Position numbers and translations under genes: made by a program
Notes under the pieces: model-generated
Seen by the model: only the letters and a program-made list of their open reading frames with translations
Database searches by the model: none
What the model was told of the DNA's origin: nothing
Shown: piece after piece, positions 10,183 to 20,591 of the stretch
Numbering within the stretch: position 1 is the first letter of the stretch
Layout of the letters: the number at the start of each line of letters is the position of its first letter
Assembly (NCBI GenBank): GCA_965205015.1
Contig: OZ242029.1
Location: forward strand, 5,590,352-5,654,351
Source: Candidatus Poribacteria bacterium
Lineage (GTDB): Bacteria > Poribacteria > WGA-4E > WGA-3G
Length of the DNA stretch: 64,000 nucleotides
Reading direction: 5' to 3'

Positions 10183-13053
10183 TCAAATGAGGTATTCCTT
10201 CAAGAACTGTCCCGTATAAGAGGCTTTGACTTTCGTAATATCTTCAGGCGTGCCGTGCGCCAAGACCTCTCCCCCTTTATGTCCGCCTTCTGGACCGAGA
10301 TCGATGACATAATCCGCAGTTTTGATGACATCCAGATGATGCTCAATCACAATGACGCTATGCCCATTATCAACGAGACGGTTGAGACTGTCTAAGAGTT
10401 TCTGCACATCTGCCAGGTGAAGTCCTGTCGTCGGCTCATCTAAAATATACAGATTATGCCTGCCTCGCTTGATTTTACCGAGCTCGCTTGCCAACTTTAT
10501 CCGTTGTGCCTCGCCACCGGAGAGGATCGTCGCGGGGTGCCCAATCTGGAGATATCCCATACCGAGTTGGTACAGGACATTCAATTTATGATGAATCAAC
10601 CGCTGATCGGAGAAGAACGCAACGCCTTCCTCAATTGACATATTGAGAATCTCGGAGATATTCTTTCCGTTGTAAGTAACATCAAGTGTATCCTCATTAT
10701 AGCGCGCCCCCTTACAGGTCGGACAAACGACTTCAACATCCGGCATAAAGTGGAGCTTGGTGGTGATAGTGCCTTCGCCGTGGCACTCCTCACACCGCCC
10801 ACCTTTGACGTTGAAACTGAACCGAGAGGCGGTATAGCCCCTATCAAGCGAGAGGGGAGTACTCGCGAACAGCTTACGGATATTATCGTAAAATCCGATG
10901 TAGGTGGCAGGATTTGAGCGCGGCGAACGCCCGATAGGGGACTGATCGATGTTGATAACGTCATTCAAGTGCTGGTGCCCTTCCAGTTCGTCATGCGCCC
11001 CATAGAGCGTCCGACTGTCGTGGTAGAGAGAATAAAGCCGTTTGTAAAGAATCTCGTTGACGAGCGTACTCTTGCCTGAACCGGAGGCACCCGTGATGCA
11101 GATAAGCATACCGATCGGAATGTCAACGTCAATGTGTTTCAGGTTGTTTTCACTGGCACCCGTGATGCTCAAGAAGGCCCCATTCAAGTTACGACGCTGT
11201 TTGGGAAGCGGGATCTCGCGCTGCCCACTCATATAGAGTCCTGTCAGAGAGCGGGGACAATCCAGAATTGTCTCAAGTTTACCCTGAACGACGACCTCGC
11301 CGCCGTGGACACCGGGTCCGGGTCCGAGCTCAATAATATGATCCGCGGCACGAATGGTGCTTTCATCGTGTTCAACAACGATAACGGTGTTCCCGATGTC
11401 CCGCAACCTCCGTAGCGTCTCTATCATCTTGACATTGTCTTTCGGATGTAAGCCGATACTCGGTTCATCGAGAACATAGAGCATCCCCATCAACCCGGAT
11501 CCGATCTGTGTGGAGAGACGAATACGCTGCGATTCGCCCCCAGAGAGTGTCGCAGAACGGCGATTGAGGTTTAGGTAATCGAGACCGATACCGAGCAGGA
11601 GATTAATCCGAACGACGAGTTCCTTGATAACACGGTTGCCCGCCTCCCGCTGCTTCTCTGGAATATCCGTGATAGCCAATAAGAAATCCCGTAATTCTTC
11701 AAAGTGCAATTCGCCGACATCATGAATTGTTTGACCCTCAACCGTAACGAGAAGTCGCTGTCGCTTGAGTTTGGCACCGTGGCAATCAGGACAGGTCCGT
11801 TCCACCATGACTTTTCGGAGATATTCCTCCATCCCAGAGTGTGCCTCGCCCTGTTTCCGATAACGCCGATAGTGCCTATCAATCCGAGTGATGATCCCAT
11901 CAAAACGGATGTTCCGACCGAGATGCCGTCTTTCAACCGGACGTGCCCCTTCGGGTTGCAGGATCGGAAATTCCTCACCGTGCGTGCCGTGATAGAGGAT
12001 ATCAACCACCTTCTCTGGAAGGTCTGCAAAAGGAACATTCAGGTCAAATCCGTAGTGTCCAGCGAGACTGTACATCGTTCTACCATCCCATCTATCGGGA
12101 TCGTAGTTAAACGCTTGGTGGACGAAAGCCCCTTCGGCGATGCTGCGACGCTTGTCAGGAACGAGTAGGTTTGGATGCACTTGCAAATAGGTACCGAGTC
12201 CCGAACAGGTTACACACGCCCCCGTCGGTTCATTAAAGGTAAAGTGATGCGGTCCCAGTTCAGCCATAAGCACGCCGTGTTTAGGGCACCCGAAACCCTC
12301 TAATAACCCTATTGCCTCAGTTTCGGCATCCTCTGGAAACTGCACATCAAAACGCATGAACCCTTCGCCGACGAGCATGGCGTGTTCAAGGGAGGCGAGT
12401 ACCTGTTTGTCAATATCTTTTTTGATAAAGAATTTGTCAACGATAACTTGGATGTCATACGCCTGATCCGGATCGAGCTCAATTTCTTCGCTGATGTCGT
12501 GTTCCACCCCGTCAATCCTGACGTGTCTACACCCCTTCGTACGAATGTCGTCAAAGAGATAGTCATAATCCTCGCCGTAGATTTTGAACACTGGGGCGTG
12601 AATCTCAACCTCACTGCCTTCTGGCAGTGCGAGCATCCGTTCTAAGATCTGATGATGCGAACGGATCGGGATTTCAGCTTCACAATACGGACAATGCGCA
12701 ACACCGATAGTTGCGAAGAGCATACGGAGGTAGTCTTGCAAATCGGTCATCGTGCCGACGGTGGAGCGCGGGTTCATCGTGATCGTTTTCTGTTCGATAG
12801 AAACGACAGGGGACAATCCATCAATGAAATCGACATCCGGTTTTTTCAGTTGTGTGATAAAGCGTTTGGCGTAAGTGGACATCGACTCCAAGAATCGACG
12901 CTGTCCCTCGGCATAGACGGTATCAAACGCCAATGAAGATTTACCGGAACCGCTGATGCCCGTGACGACGACGAGTTTATCTCGTGGAATCTCAACTTCA
13001 ATATTTTGTAGATTATTTTCTCGCGCGCCTTTAACGGCGACAGTCTGTCTCAT
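10183..13053 (-). CDS. uvrA: Excinuclease ABC subunit A
   Basis: Two ABC modules ([23 protein letters not shown] twice, LDEP twice) and Zn-finger CxxC pairs. Confidence 0.96.
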   Translation of the reverse strand: MRQTVAVKGARENNLQNIEVEIPRDKLVVVTGISGSGKSSLAFDTVYAEGQRRFLESMSTYAKRFITQLKKPDVDFIDGLSPVVSIEQKTITMNPRSTVGTMTDLQDYLRMLFATIGVAHCPYCEAEIPIRSHHQILERMLALPEGSEVEIHAPVFKIYGEDYDYLFDDIRTKGCRHVRIDGVEHDISEEIELDPDQAYDIQVIVDKFFIKKDIDKQVLASLEHAMLVGEGFMRFDVQFPEDAETEAIGLLEGFGCPKHGVLMAELGPHHFTFNEPTGACVTCSGLGTYLQVHPNLLVPDKRRSIAEGAFVHQAFNYDPDRWDGRTMYSLAGHYGFDLNVPFADLPEKVVDILYHGTHGEEFPILQPEGARPVERRHLGRNIRFDGIITRIDRHYRRYRKQGEAHSGMEEYLRKVMVERTCPDCHGAKLKRQRLLVTVEGQTIHDVGELHFEELRDFLLAITDIPEKQREAGNRVIKELVVRINLLLGIGLDYLNLNRRSATLSGGESQRIRLSTQIGSGLMGMLYVLDEPSIGLHPKDNVKMIETLRRLRDIGNTVIVVEHDESTIRAADHIIELGPGPGVHGGEVVVQGKLETILDCPRSLTGLYMSGQREIPLPKQRRNLNGAFLSITGASENNLKHIDVDIPIGMLICITGASGSGKSTLVNEILYKRLYSLYHDSRTLYGAHDELEGHQHLNDVINIDQSPIGRSPRSNPATYIGFYDNIRKLFASTPLSLDRGYTASRFSFNVKGGRCEECHGEGTITTKLHFMPDVEVVCPTCKGARYNEDTLDVTYNGKNISEILNMSIEEGVAFFSDQRLIHHKLNVLYQLGMGYLQIGHPATILSGGEAQRIKLASELGKIKRGRHNLYILDEPTTGLHLADVQKLLDSLNRLVDNGHSVIVIEHHLDVIKTADYVIDLGPEGGHKGGEVLAHGTPEDITKVKASYTGQFLKEYLI

Positions 13054-13176
13054 ACATGCCTCTTATTTTTTTAATTATTGAGTTTCTGCCCTGCTCTTCA
13101 TTTCCCCCGCTTGCGGGGATAAAGCGGACAAAACTCTAAAACCAAATAGTTCCGACATCAACATATTTGAATAATT

Positions 13177-13626
13177 CTAATTCGTTGTCATTTGGTAGGC
13201 GACATCCACTTCGACTGCGGCATTGTACAAATCCGAATCCAACGTTGCGAGCGGTAAACCGAGACGGATTGAGAGTTCCAAGTAGCTGGCATCATAAGTC
13301 GTCAATCCATGTTTCTCTGCCAACTCACACACTGCCTTCATTGTACTGCTTTGGGTCGCTGCAGCAGTATCAACTTTAAGAGGCAACATCGCTATTACAT
13401 CAAGATATTGCGACAAAACCTCTCTGCTTATACGCTTTCGTCGGTAAGCCATGAGTAACACGTTACTGACTTCCTGATAAAATAACGCAGGAACAACTAC
13501 TACAGATACACCCTGTTGTAGGTCTTCCAGAAGTGCCTGCGCTTGTACTTCAACTTCATCAGGTAGAAGACCGGCAATTAGTACTGAACAATCAACGACC
13601 ATCATCCGCGGCCTTTGTTCTTCCAA
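13177..13626 (-). CDS. vapC: PIN-domain VapC toxin
   Basis: VVDCS, QEVSNVL, LTTYDASYL, LATLD PIN acidic residues. Confidence 0.88.
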   Translation of the reverse strand: MEEQRPRMMVVDCSVLIAGLLPDEVEVQAQALLEDLQQGVSVVVVPALFYQEVSNVLLMAYRRKRISREVLSQYLDVIAMLPLKVDTAAATQSSTMKAVCELAEKHGLTTYDASYLELSIRLGLPLATLDSDLYNAAVEVDVAYQMTTN

Positions 13627-13844
13627 TCTGTCACCTCACGAACCGTTCCAATAGGAAACTTTGCGCGTAACTCGATTAATTGACCGTAAGCATCATTCGC
13701 CTTACCTTGCCCGACGTCACAAGGGGGAACCATTATCGCCACAACTTTCCCTCTATTGGTTATAGAAAAACTTTCTCCGTTTTCAACACGCTTAAGAAGC
13801 CTTGACAAATGCGTCTTTGTTTCATGAACACCTATCTCAGTCAT
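13602..13844 (-). CDS. Phd/YefM-family antitoxin
   Basis: MTEIGVHETKTHLSRLLKRVENGESFSITNRGKVVA; AAGGAG RBS before 13844; overlaps vapC. Confidence 0.88.
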   Translation of the reverse strand: MTEIGVHETKTHLSRLLKRVENGESFSITNRGKVVAIMVPPCDVGQGKANDAYGQLIELRAKFPIGTVREVTDWKNKGRG

Positions 13845-13884
13845 TTTATTGATACTCCTTTCCGAAAAAATATGCAAATCTGTT

Positions 13885-15834
13885 CTATAGGAACGGATTG
13901 TTTGCATCGAAATAATAGGCGGGTTCCTCTACGGAAGTTTGGCTGTCCTTTGTCAAACGGATGGGTGCTGAGAACTGTTCAATGACCTCTTTCTGTGCGA
14001 GCCACTCACACGCCAATTCAAAGGCGAGTTGACGGCTCCCGAAATGGGTATAGATGTCGGTGATCGTGCGCTCCTCACCCGATTCTTCAAGGAAATCGAG
14101 CAACGGTTTGAACAGGGTCTGTAGATGCTCCTCTAAATACGCATCAATCCGTTCAAGGGCATCGCGAAGCATCGCTTCATCTTTCTGCTTATCTATTAGA
14201 TCCGTGAAAACGGCGTTGAAAAAGGACGGGTTATGCGCAAGTGCTTGATAGATAACCTTACGTCTCGGTGTTTCGCCGTGCAGGAGGACTTCAATGCGTG
14301 CCAATTCCCTGACCGCATACGTCAGGTAGAGAAATGTGTAATCGATATCGTGCTTGAGGTGGAACCACTTTTCGGCTTTTGCGAGGATAGCTGCCACGTT
14401 GGCGGCGGCATTAAGGAGTTGAGAGTGTTTATCCCGTTCACCGACCTGTAAATAGGAGGCATCTCCGACACTGTAGGGGCGAGGTGACCTCCCCTCTACA
14501 GAAAAGAGACTGTCCTTGGAAAAAAGGACACGGCTTTCTGCGAGAATCGAATGGAGCGAACTCCCTTGTAGCGTCCCCTCCAACAACTTTCTATAGTCAC
14601 TGCGGGTGTGGAGTTGAACTCGGAACGGAATCCCATCTTCGATTAACTGATATTCCTTCCGCTTGAATTTTGTTCCATCTCTCAGGATAAGCGTGATGTG
14701 AGGTGCCGTTTTCTCCCAGACGTTGTCTGCGGCGAGGTTACTGGTGAGAACTGCGGCGAGGATGTACATGTCCTCTCTGAACGTATCCGTCAAATTGTCT
14801 AATGCCTGGTGAATTCGTGTGTGGATGTCCGTTTGCGGACGCACCTGAGAAGCATCGCGCGCACCGCTCGCTTCTACAGCACCATCGTAATAGTAGGCAG
14901 GTTCTTCCACGGAAACCTGGCTCTTCACTGTGAGGTTGATCGGCATCGCAACTTGCCTGATAATCCCTTTCCAAGCCAACCATTGACAGACCAAATCCAA
15001 GGATTCATCATCAAATTCGGAGTCTCGATCATTTTTACCATGCGCGCTGCGTCCTAAGTCGGCGTTTAATTCGGTGTTCGTGCGCGGTGCTTTCTGCGCA
15101 ATGAGATACTCAAGAATGGGTTGGAAGATAAACTGTCGTGCATCAAGATAGGCGTTAATTGCCGCCAATGCGTCCTGAAGGACTGCTTCCGTCTTTTCAC
15201 AGTTGATTAAATCCGTATAGACTCGGCTAAAGAAATCAGGATTGTAACGGAGCGCGGGTTGAATCACCTCGCGTGCCGGGATTTCATCGTTCAAAAGCAC
15301 TTCCAACCGTGCCAACCCTTGCACGACATTCAGAAGTGATAGGAAACAGGTGAGGCAATCTTTGTTGACGTAAAACTGCTTTTCAGCATAGATAAGGCTC
15401 GGCAATGTGCTGGCGATGACGTTGAGCAGTTGGAACTGTTTATCGCGTTCACCGATGTTGGTGCGGCTGGCGTTTTTATCATACCACTCTTGGATAGAGG
15501 TATCATGTGAAAAGAGGAGCGTGCTGTGCGAGAAATAGGAGTGCATGAAGGACCCCTGTTGCGCGCCCTCTATTGCCTGCTTAAAAGCGTTACGTGGGGT
15601 TACGTTGGCGTGGATATTGACACCATTTTCAACGAGCGAAAAGAAAGATTGCGTCGGACGAATCGTATCTCTGCCAATGAGTTCCACATCCAGATCCGAT
15701 TTTTCCCATACCTGTGCATAAGAGAAACTGCCTGCAACAATAGCGGCGAGGACATAAGGATCCTTTTGAACCTTTTCGACAAGCAGATCCACGGCTTCAC
15801 GGTACTGTTCTTCGATAACGTCTTGGGATTGCAT
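13885..15834 (-). CDS. Tandem-duplicated Pol-beta-superfamily nucleotidyltransferase-like protein
   Basis: Half 1 has GSFSYAQVWEKSDLD (GS..DxD); half 2 is homologous but degenerate; both halves end in SVEEPAYY. Confidence 0.7.
   Translation of the reverse strand: MQSQDVIEEQYREAVDLLVEKVQKDPYVLAAIVAGSFSYAQVWEKSDLDVELIGRDTIRPTQSFFSLVENGVNIHANVTPRNAFKQAIEGAQQGSFMHSYFSHSTLLFSHDTSIQEWYDKNASRTNIGERDKQFQLLNVIASTLPSLIYAEKQFYVNKDCLTCFLSLLNVVQGLARLEVLLNDEIPAREVIQPALRYNPDFFSRVYTDLINCEKTEAVLQDALAAINAYLDARQFIFQPILEYLIAQKAPRTNTELNADLGRSAHGKNDRDSEFDDESLDLVCQWLAWKGIIRQVAMPINLTVKSQVSVEEPAYYYDGAVEASGARDASQVRPQTDIHTRIHQALDNLTDTFREDMYILAAVLTSNLAADNVWEKTAPHITLILRDGTKFKRKEYQLIEDGIPFRVQLHTRSDYRKLLEGTLQGSSLHSILAESRVLFSKDSLFSVEGRSPRPYSVGDASYLQVGERDKHSQLLNAAANVAAILAKAEKWFHLKHDIDYTFLYLTYAVRELARIEVLLHGETPRRKVIYQALAHNPSFFNAVFTDLIDKQKDEAMLRDALERIDAYLEEHLQTLFKPLLDFLEESGEERTITDIYTHFGSRQLAFELACEWLAQKEVIEQFSAPIRLTKDSQTSVEEPAYYFDANNPFL
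14471..14501. repeat. GTAG-type REP-like palindrome (family A), in frame within CDS 13885-15834
   Basis: ctgtaggggcgaggtgacctcccctctacag; 19 nt identical to the reverse complement of the copy at 25822-25848. Confidence 0.8.
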
Positions 15835-16089
15835 GGGGTTCTCCTATTTCGGCGCAATTGGAAGTCGAATTTTGAGAAAAAAACAGAGATTTTCTATTAT
15901 TAATTATACTATAAATCTGTTAAGAATGCAAGTCAATTTCATTAAAAAATAGGGACAGTCAGCAATTAACAGAGAGCAACTTTCTTCGCATTGGACTTTA
16001 GCATTTGTGGAGTTTTTGCTAAGGAAGATGTATCTTTTCAAAAAAATCCTCAGTTTTTCAAAATTTAGGCAGTTGTAAACAAACGATTG

Positions 16090-17232
16090 TCAGTCTTTTT
16101 CGGGCTGGTTTTGGTATTCTGTTTTGAGTTCACCCCAGCGTGTCGGAAGTTTTCCACGCGCCTCAACCGGACGAGACCCGGTATCAAAGACTTCAACGAT
16201 TGAAGAAAGTTCTCGATCTTCCGTCTTGCCGCCAAAGATATAAATCTTGCCGTTGACCGCCGCTATACCAAATGGCGACCTTACGGTTGGCCTCGCAGGA
16301 ATCACACGCCATCTCTCAGTAGCCGGGTCATACACTTCAACAGGAGCAGGATGCCTATCCCCCGCTCGCAACCCGCCAATGAGATAGATTTTCTCGTCAA
16401 TAACGACTGAAAAAAATACGATCCTCGGATTGGGCATATCAGCTCTCTTCGTCCACCGATTGATTCTCGGTTCATACACCTCAATCGTCCCAAGATAGGG
16501 ACCTCCAGCCCCAGCTGGTGGCCACCCAGACCCACCAATAGCGTAAAGGGTGTCCCGAATAACCGCTGCCCTAACGGCATCGCGCCGTGTCGGCATGTCC
16601 GCTCGCTTTGCCCACGTATCAGTGGCAGGATCATAGACTTCCACAAGATCAACACGTCCTGGCTCCTCAGGCTTCTTGTCCCTCGGATCAACGTTCCCAC
16701 CAATGACATAGATTTTGTCAGCAACCACACCGATGCCGAATGCCGCACGGCGAACGGACAGGTCCTGTTTTCTGACCCACGTGTCGGTTTCCGGGTCGTA
16801 CATCTCAACGACTTTCAGAGTTGTGAGATTCACATGGCGGTCATCCTTACCCACACTTCCTGCCAAGACATAAATCTTGCCGTTAACAACAGCAGCCTTA
16901 GCACTGGACCGGACAGTCGGCATATCTGTGAGTCTCTCCCATGTGTTGGTTTCTGGGTCATAGACCTCCACCAGGGACATCCCGAAAGGACCCTTCCAAA
17001 TACCAGGTTCATTTTCACGCCGAACACCCCGCAGATTTTCAAGGGGCGTGCCACCGATGAGATAAATCTTACCCTCTACTACAGCAGTCGCGAATCTACC
17101 TCGCGGTGTTGGGAGTTCGGAGATCACCCGCCACTCGTTCGCGGCAGCATCTCCCATTGCAAAATGAGAGAGCACCACAACAACCCATCCAATCATACTC
17201 CCTTGTAAAGACCGAAGTATTTTCAACTGCAT
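16090..17232 (-). CDS. Secreted Kelch-repeat beta-propeller protein with C-terminal WGxxK motif
   Basis: Six GKIYxxGG...VEVYDP..W repeats; signal peptide; GGAGG RBS before ATG 17232; tail PVEARGKLPTRWGELK. Confidence 0.9.
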   Translation of the reverse strand: MQLKILRSLQGSMIGWVVVVLSHFAMGDAAANEWRVISELPTPRGRFATAVVEGKIYLIGGTPLENLRGVRRENEPGIWKGPFGMSLVEVYDPETNTWERLTDMPTVRSSAKAAVVNGKIYVLAGSVGKDDRHVNLTTLKVVEMYDPETDTWVRKQDLSVRRAAFGIGVVADKIYVIGGNVDPRDKKPEEPGRVDLVEVYDPATDTWAKRADMPTRRDAVRAAVIRDTLYAIGGSGWPPAGAGGPYLGTIEVYEPRINRWTKRADMPNPRIVFFSVVIDEKIYLIGGLRAGDRHPAPVEVYDPATERWRVIPARPTVRSPFGIAAVNGKIYIFGGKTEDRELSSIVEVFDTGSRPVEARGKLPTRWGELKTEYQNQPEKD

Positions 17233-17425
17233 CGATACCTCCTCCTGAATATAAGATTCACACAAAACTCCCGTCAAGCAAAAACACGGACATTTATTAT
17301 CAAACTCATATTATAATAACCAATCATATTTTTTCAAGGACAAATTCCGTCCGATTTGGTATAATAAACCCAAGTTGTTATCTACGAATCTACCCTAAAA
17401 TTCAAACGGAATAGAGCAATAAACT

Positions 17426-19438
17426 ATGCAGAAATTGACAATTGAAGGTCAGACATATACAAATTCGATAGGGATGCAGTTCGTTAGAATTGAACCTGGG
17501 ACCTTCACGATGGGTTCAAAGAACGCCGCACTATCGGATGAGTTGACAGCCGGAAAAACACACCTCCGCGACGGTGATTGGGACGAACACCCCGTGCATC
17601 AAGTAACCCTTACCACACCGTTCTATATCGGCATTTTTCAGGTGACGAATGCCCAGTATGAGGCGTTTGATCCTGCACACCGTGAGTTGCAGAGTCTTCA
17701 GAACACCGGTTTTTCAAAAGAAGACGATGAAGCGGTTGTGTTTGTAGACTGGCACGATGCGACGCACTTCTGCGAATGGCTTTCCGAAAAGGAGGGACTT
17801 CCCTATCGACTGCCAACCGAAGCGGAGTGGGAATACGTGTGCCGTGCAGGCACAACAAGCCATTTTCATACCGGCGATACACTCCCACCTGAATTCCACA
17901 AAAACGTTGGAGAAAGTTGGTACCCTGATGGGGAACGAGGTCGTGACGCAGAAGAAATCGTACCTCTACAGGTTGGGCAAACGCCGCCCAACGCATGGGG
18001 TGTATACGACATGCACGGCAACGTAGAGGAGTGGTGCCACGATTGGTACGGGACCTATGAACCCGGTCCACAAGTCGATCCAGTCGGTCGGGAAGCTGGT
18101 TTGTATCGCGTTGCGCGGGGTGGCAGCCATTCTACGTTGCTCTGCTATCTGCGCTCAGCCAATCGGATGGGAGCAGTACCAGAAGATAAGCACTGGTACA
18201 TCGGATTCCGTGTCATCTGTGGCGAGATGCCGCAGACCGCTCCGACACCCGCACCGAAGGTGGCACTCTGGGGACGTGATGTTAAACAGGAAGATACGAG
18301 TGCCCCCGCGCCAGAATCCCCCTATTTTGCGGAACCCCTCACTTATGTTAAAATTCCTGAAGGCTCAAACGGACCGCTTTTTTCGGCGCATAACCACGTC
18401 CCGGCGATTGTGGAGTGTCCGAACGGTGATATGTTCGCGGCATGGTACTCGTGCGTGACAGAACGCGGACGAGAATTGACACTCGCCGCGAGCCGACTGC
18501 GCTTTGGTGAAACCGAATGGGACCCCGCCGAACCCTTCTGGGGTCCGCCCGATCGGAACAATCACGCCACCTCGCTTTGGCGAAACGAGAATGGACGGAT
18601 TTACCACTTCAATGGACTCTCGGCTGCCGCCACATGGGGTCCCTTAGCGTTGATCCTGCGCTATTCCGACGATAACGGCGCGACGTGGTCGAAACCGCGC
18701 TTTATATCACCAGAGCACCGCCTCCGACACATGCCGATCGCCTCTGTTTTCCGAAGACAAGACGGTTCTATCCTCCTCGCTTGCGATGCAGTGACCGGCG
18801 GTAACGGTGGCACCGCGATATGGCTCAGTGAGGACGACGGCGACACATGGTATGATCCAGGAGCAGGGCAACCCATTCCCGAGTTTGCTGATGGCAAACA
18901 GGGGGGATGGATCGCTGGTATTCACGCTGCCGTGGTCGAACTCACAGATGGCAGATTGATGGCTTACGGCAGAGGCGACACCATCAACGGACGGATGCCG
19001 AAGAGCCTTTCCGCAGATAACGGTAGGACGTGGCATTACAGTGCGAGTCCATTCCCAGTTGTTTCTGGCGGACAACGGTGCGTGCTGCTACGACTTCAAG
19101 AGGGACCCATTTTTCTCGCCACGTTCACAGGAGAACGGAAGACGCCGACATCCCTGCCGATTGTTGATGCTGCTGGCAATGAACGCCTTGTTACTGGACT
19201 TTTCGGGGCGTTATCTTATGACGACGGCGAAACGTGGGAGTGTCTGCGTTTGATTTCAGATGATGGAGAAGACCGAGAGATTGAGACGATGGATGGACGC
19301 CCCTTTACGATGGGGTTAAATAGTGCCGAACTCGGCGGTTACCTCGCCGTTTGCCAAGGACAGAACGGGATTATCCACCTGATTAGCAGCCGTCAACACT
19401 ACCGATTTAATTGCGCGTGGTTGAAAGAAAAGTTGTGA
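17426..19438 (+). CDS. FGE-sulfatase (SUMF1/EgtB/PvdO-like) domain fused to BNR/Asp-box sialidase-like propeller
   Basis: RLPTEAEWEY, DMHGNVEEW, RGGS, IGFRV; four SxDxGxTW Asp boxes. Confidence 0.88.
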   Translation: MQKLTIEGQTYTNSIGMQFVRIEPGTFTMGSKNAALSDELTAGKTHLRDGDWDEHPVHQVTLTTPFYIGIFQVTNAQYEAFDPAHRELQSLQNTGFSKEDDEAVVFVDWHDATHFCEWLSEKEGLPYRLPTEAEWEYVCRAGTTSHFHTGDTLPPEFHKNVGESWYPDGERGRDAEEIVPLQVGQTPPNAWGVYDMHGNVEEWCHDWYGTYEPGPQVDPVGREAGLYRVARGGSHSTLLCYLRSANRMGAVPEDKHWYIGFRVICGEMPQTAPTPAPKVALWGRDVKQEDTSAPAPESPYFAEPLTYVKIPEGSNGPLFSAHNHVPAIVECPNGDMFAAWYSCVTERGRELTLAASRLRFGETEWDPAEPFWGPPDRNNHATSLWRNENGRIYHFNGLSAAATWGPLALILRYSDDNGATWSKPRFISPEHRLRHMPIASVFRRQDGSILLACDAVTGGNGGTAIWLSEDDGDTWYDPGAGQPIPEFADGKQGGWIAGIHAAVVELTDGRLMAYGRGDTINGRMPKSLSADNGRTWHYSASPFPVVSGGQRCVLLRLQEGPIFLATFTGERKTPTSLPIVDAAGNERLVTGLFGALSYDDGETWECLRLISDDGEDREIETMDGRPFTMGLNSAELGGYLAVCQGQNGIIHLISSRQHYRFNCAWLKEKL

Positions 19439-19473
19439 AGTGTCTAAAATGCCTAAAGTTGCTAAGTTGGTTG

Positions 19474-19550
19474 CTTGCACAAACTAACAGTTTATGCTAC
19501 AGCACACTCTGAGACTTCCTTACTTGCACAAACTAACAGTTTATGCTACA
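19474..19550. repeat. Two 28-bp direct copies of a GTAG-REP-like element (family B); a third copy at 56202-56224
   Basis: cttgcacaaactaacagtttatgctaca at 19474-19501 and 19523-19550; its reverse complement tgtagcataaactgttagtttgtgc matches tgtagcacaaactgttagtttgc at 56202. Confidence 0.85.
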
Positions 19551-19572
19551 AATATGTGCCGATCAAAGGACT

Positions 19573-20475
19573 ATGGTTAAAAAAATGAAGCTCCCCTTTT
19601 TACATCAGGACGTAGACATCAGTACCGATTTACGAGAAAGTAACGACATCCTTGACAACCCCGATGCCTTGCAGGAGCGGATGGCAGCGGAGGGGTATCT
19701 CCTGATTCGTGGATTACACGATAAGGACGCGATCCTTACGGCGCGTCGGCAGATTCTGGAAAAACTCGCAGCAAAAGGGATGCTCGCACCGGATACAGAA
19801 TTGATGGACGGGATCTTTAACCCCGATTATCCTGAACCGACATCAACCGGCTCAATGGGCAATAAGGCATTCACGCAGATGCCAACCTTCAAAGCCGTCG
19901 TTGAGGGGGAACCGATCATGAATTTTTTCAAGCGATTCCTCGGCGGCGATGCTCGGACGTTCGATTTTAAATGGCTTCGCACAGCGGGACCCGGATCCGG
20001 CTCCCCGATACATTACGATATCGTCTTTATGGGCAGAGGCACGCAAAACCTCTACTCCTGCTGGACCCCCTTTGGTGATGTATCGCTGGACATGGGTCCG
20101 ATCGTGTTCTGTCTCGGTTCCAACCAATTTGAAAAGGTCCGCGCAACTTACGGACGATCAGACGTCGATCGGGACCTGATTGAAGGACATTTCAGCGATA
20201 AACCGCTTGAGATCGTCGAGAAATTCGGGGGACACTGGGCAACAACAACGTTTTCGGCGGGCGATGTGATTATTTTTAGCATGTTTCTGATGCACGCTTC
20301 GCTCGTTAACACCTCTAATAAAATTCGGATAACAGCAGATACCCGCTACCAACTCGCCGCTGACCCCATCGACGAACGCTGGATTGGTGAAAAACCGAAA
20401 GGGCATTACGCATGGAAGCAACAGGGCGCGAAGATCGAATCCCTGGAGAAATCTCGACGCAGATGGGGTGTTTAA
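19573..20475 (+). CDS. Phytanoyl-CoA dioxygenase (PhyH) family Fe(II)/2OG oxygenase
   Basis: PIHYD (HxD), CWTP, GDVIIF..LMHAS, RITADTRYQ; AGGA RBS before 19573. Confidence 0.9.
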   Translation: MVKKMKLPFLHQDVDISTDLRESNDILDNPDALQERMAAEGYLLIRGLHDKDAILTARRQILEKLAAKGMLAPDTELMDGIFNPDYPEPTSTGSMGNKAFTQMPTFKAVVEGEPIMNFFKRFLGGDARTFDFKWLRTAGPGSGSPIHYDIVFMGRGTQNLYSCWTPFGDVSLDMGPIVFCLGSNQFEKVRATYGRSDVDRDLIEGHFSDKPLEIVEKFGGHWATTTFSAGDVIIFSMFLMHASLVNTSNKIRITADTRYQLAADPIDERWIGEKPKGHYAWKQQGAKIESLEKSRRRWGV

Positions 20476-20493
20476 TCGCATTAATGTTTAAAA

Positions 20494-20575
20494 CGGTAGC
20501 CTGCAACAATACGCAGAAACACGCAGAAACACCCTATCAATACGCAGAAATACCCAAGCAAAAACACGCAAGCGG
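20494..20575. repeat. GTAG element carrying a CGCAGAAA/ACCCAAGCAAAAAC module
   Basis: 37-bp core at 20531-20567 is identical to 24343-24379. Confidence 0.85.
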
Positions 20576-20591
20576 ATAGACGAAAAGGAAC

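Noticed and set aside
13885-15834. CBASS CD-NTase interpretation
   Set aside because: No effector or Cap2/Cap3 genes are adjacent, and only the generic GS..DxD motif is shared.
19474-19550. 28-bp direct repeats with a 21-bp spacer, resembling a mini-CRISPR
   Set aside because: Only two units, the spacer is short, there are no cas genes, and the repeat is a GTAG-REP-type hairpin with a dispersed copy at 56202.
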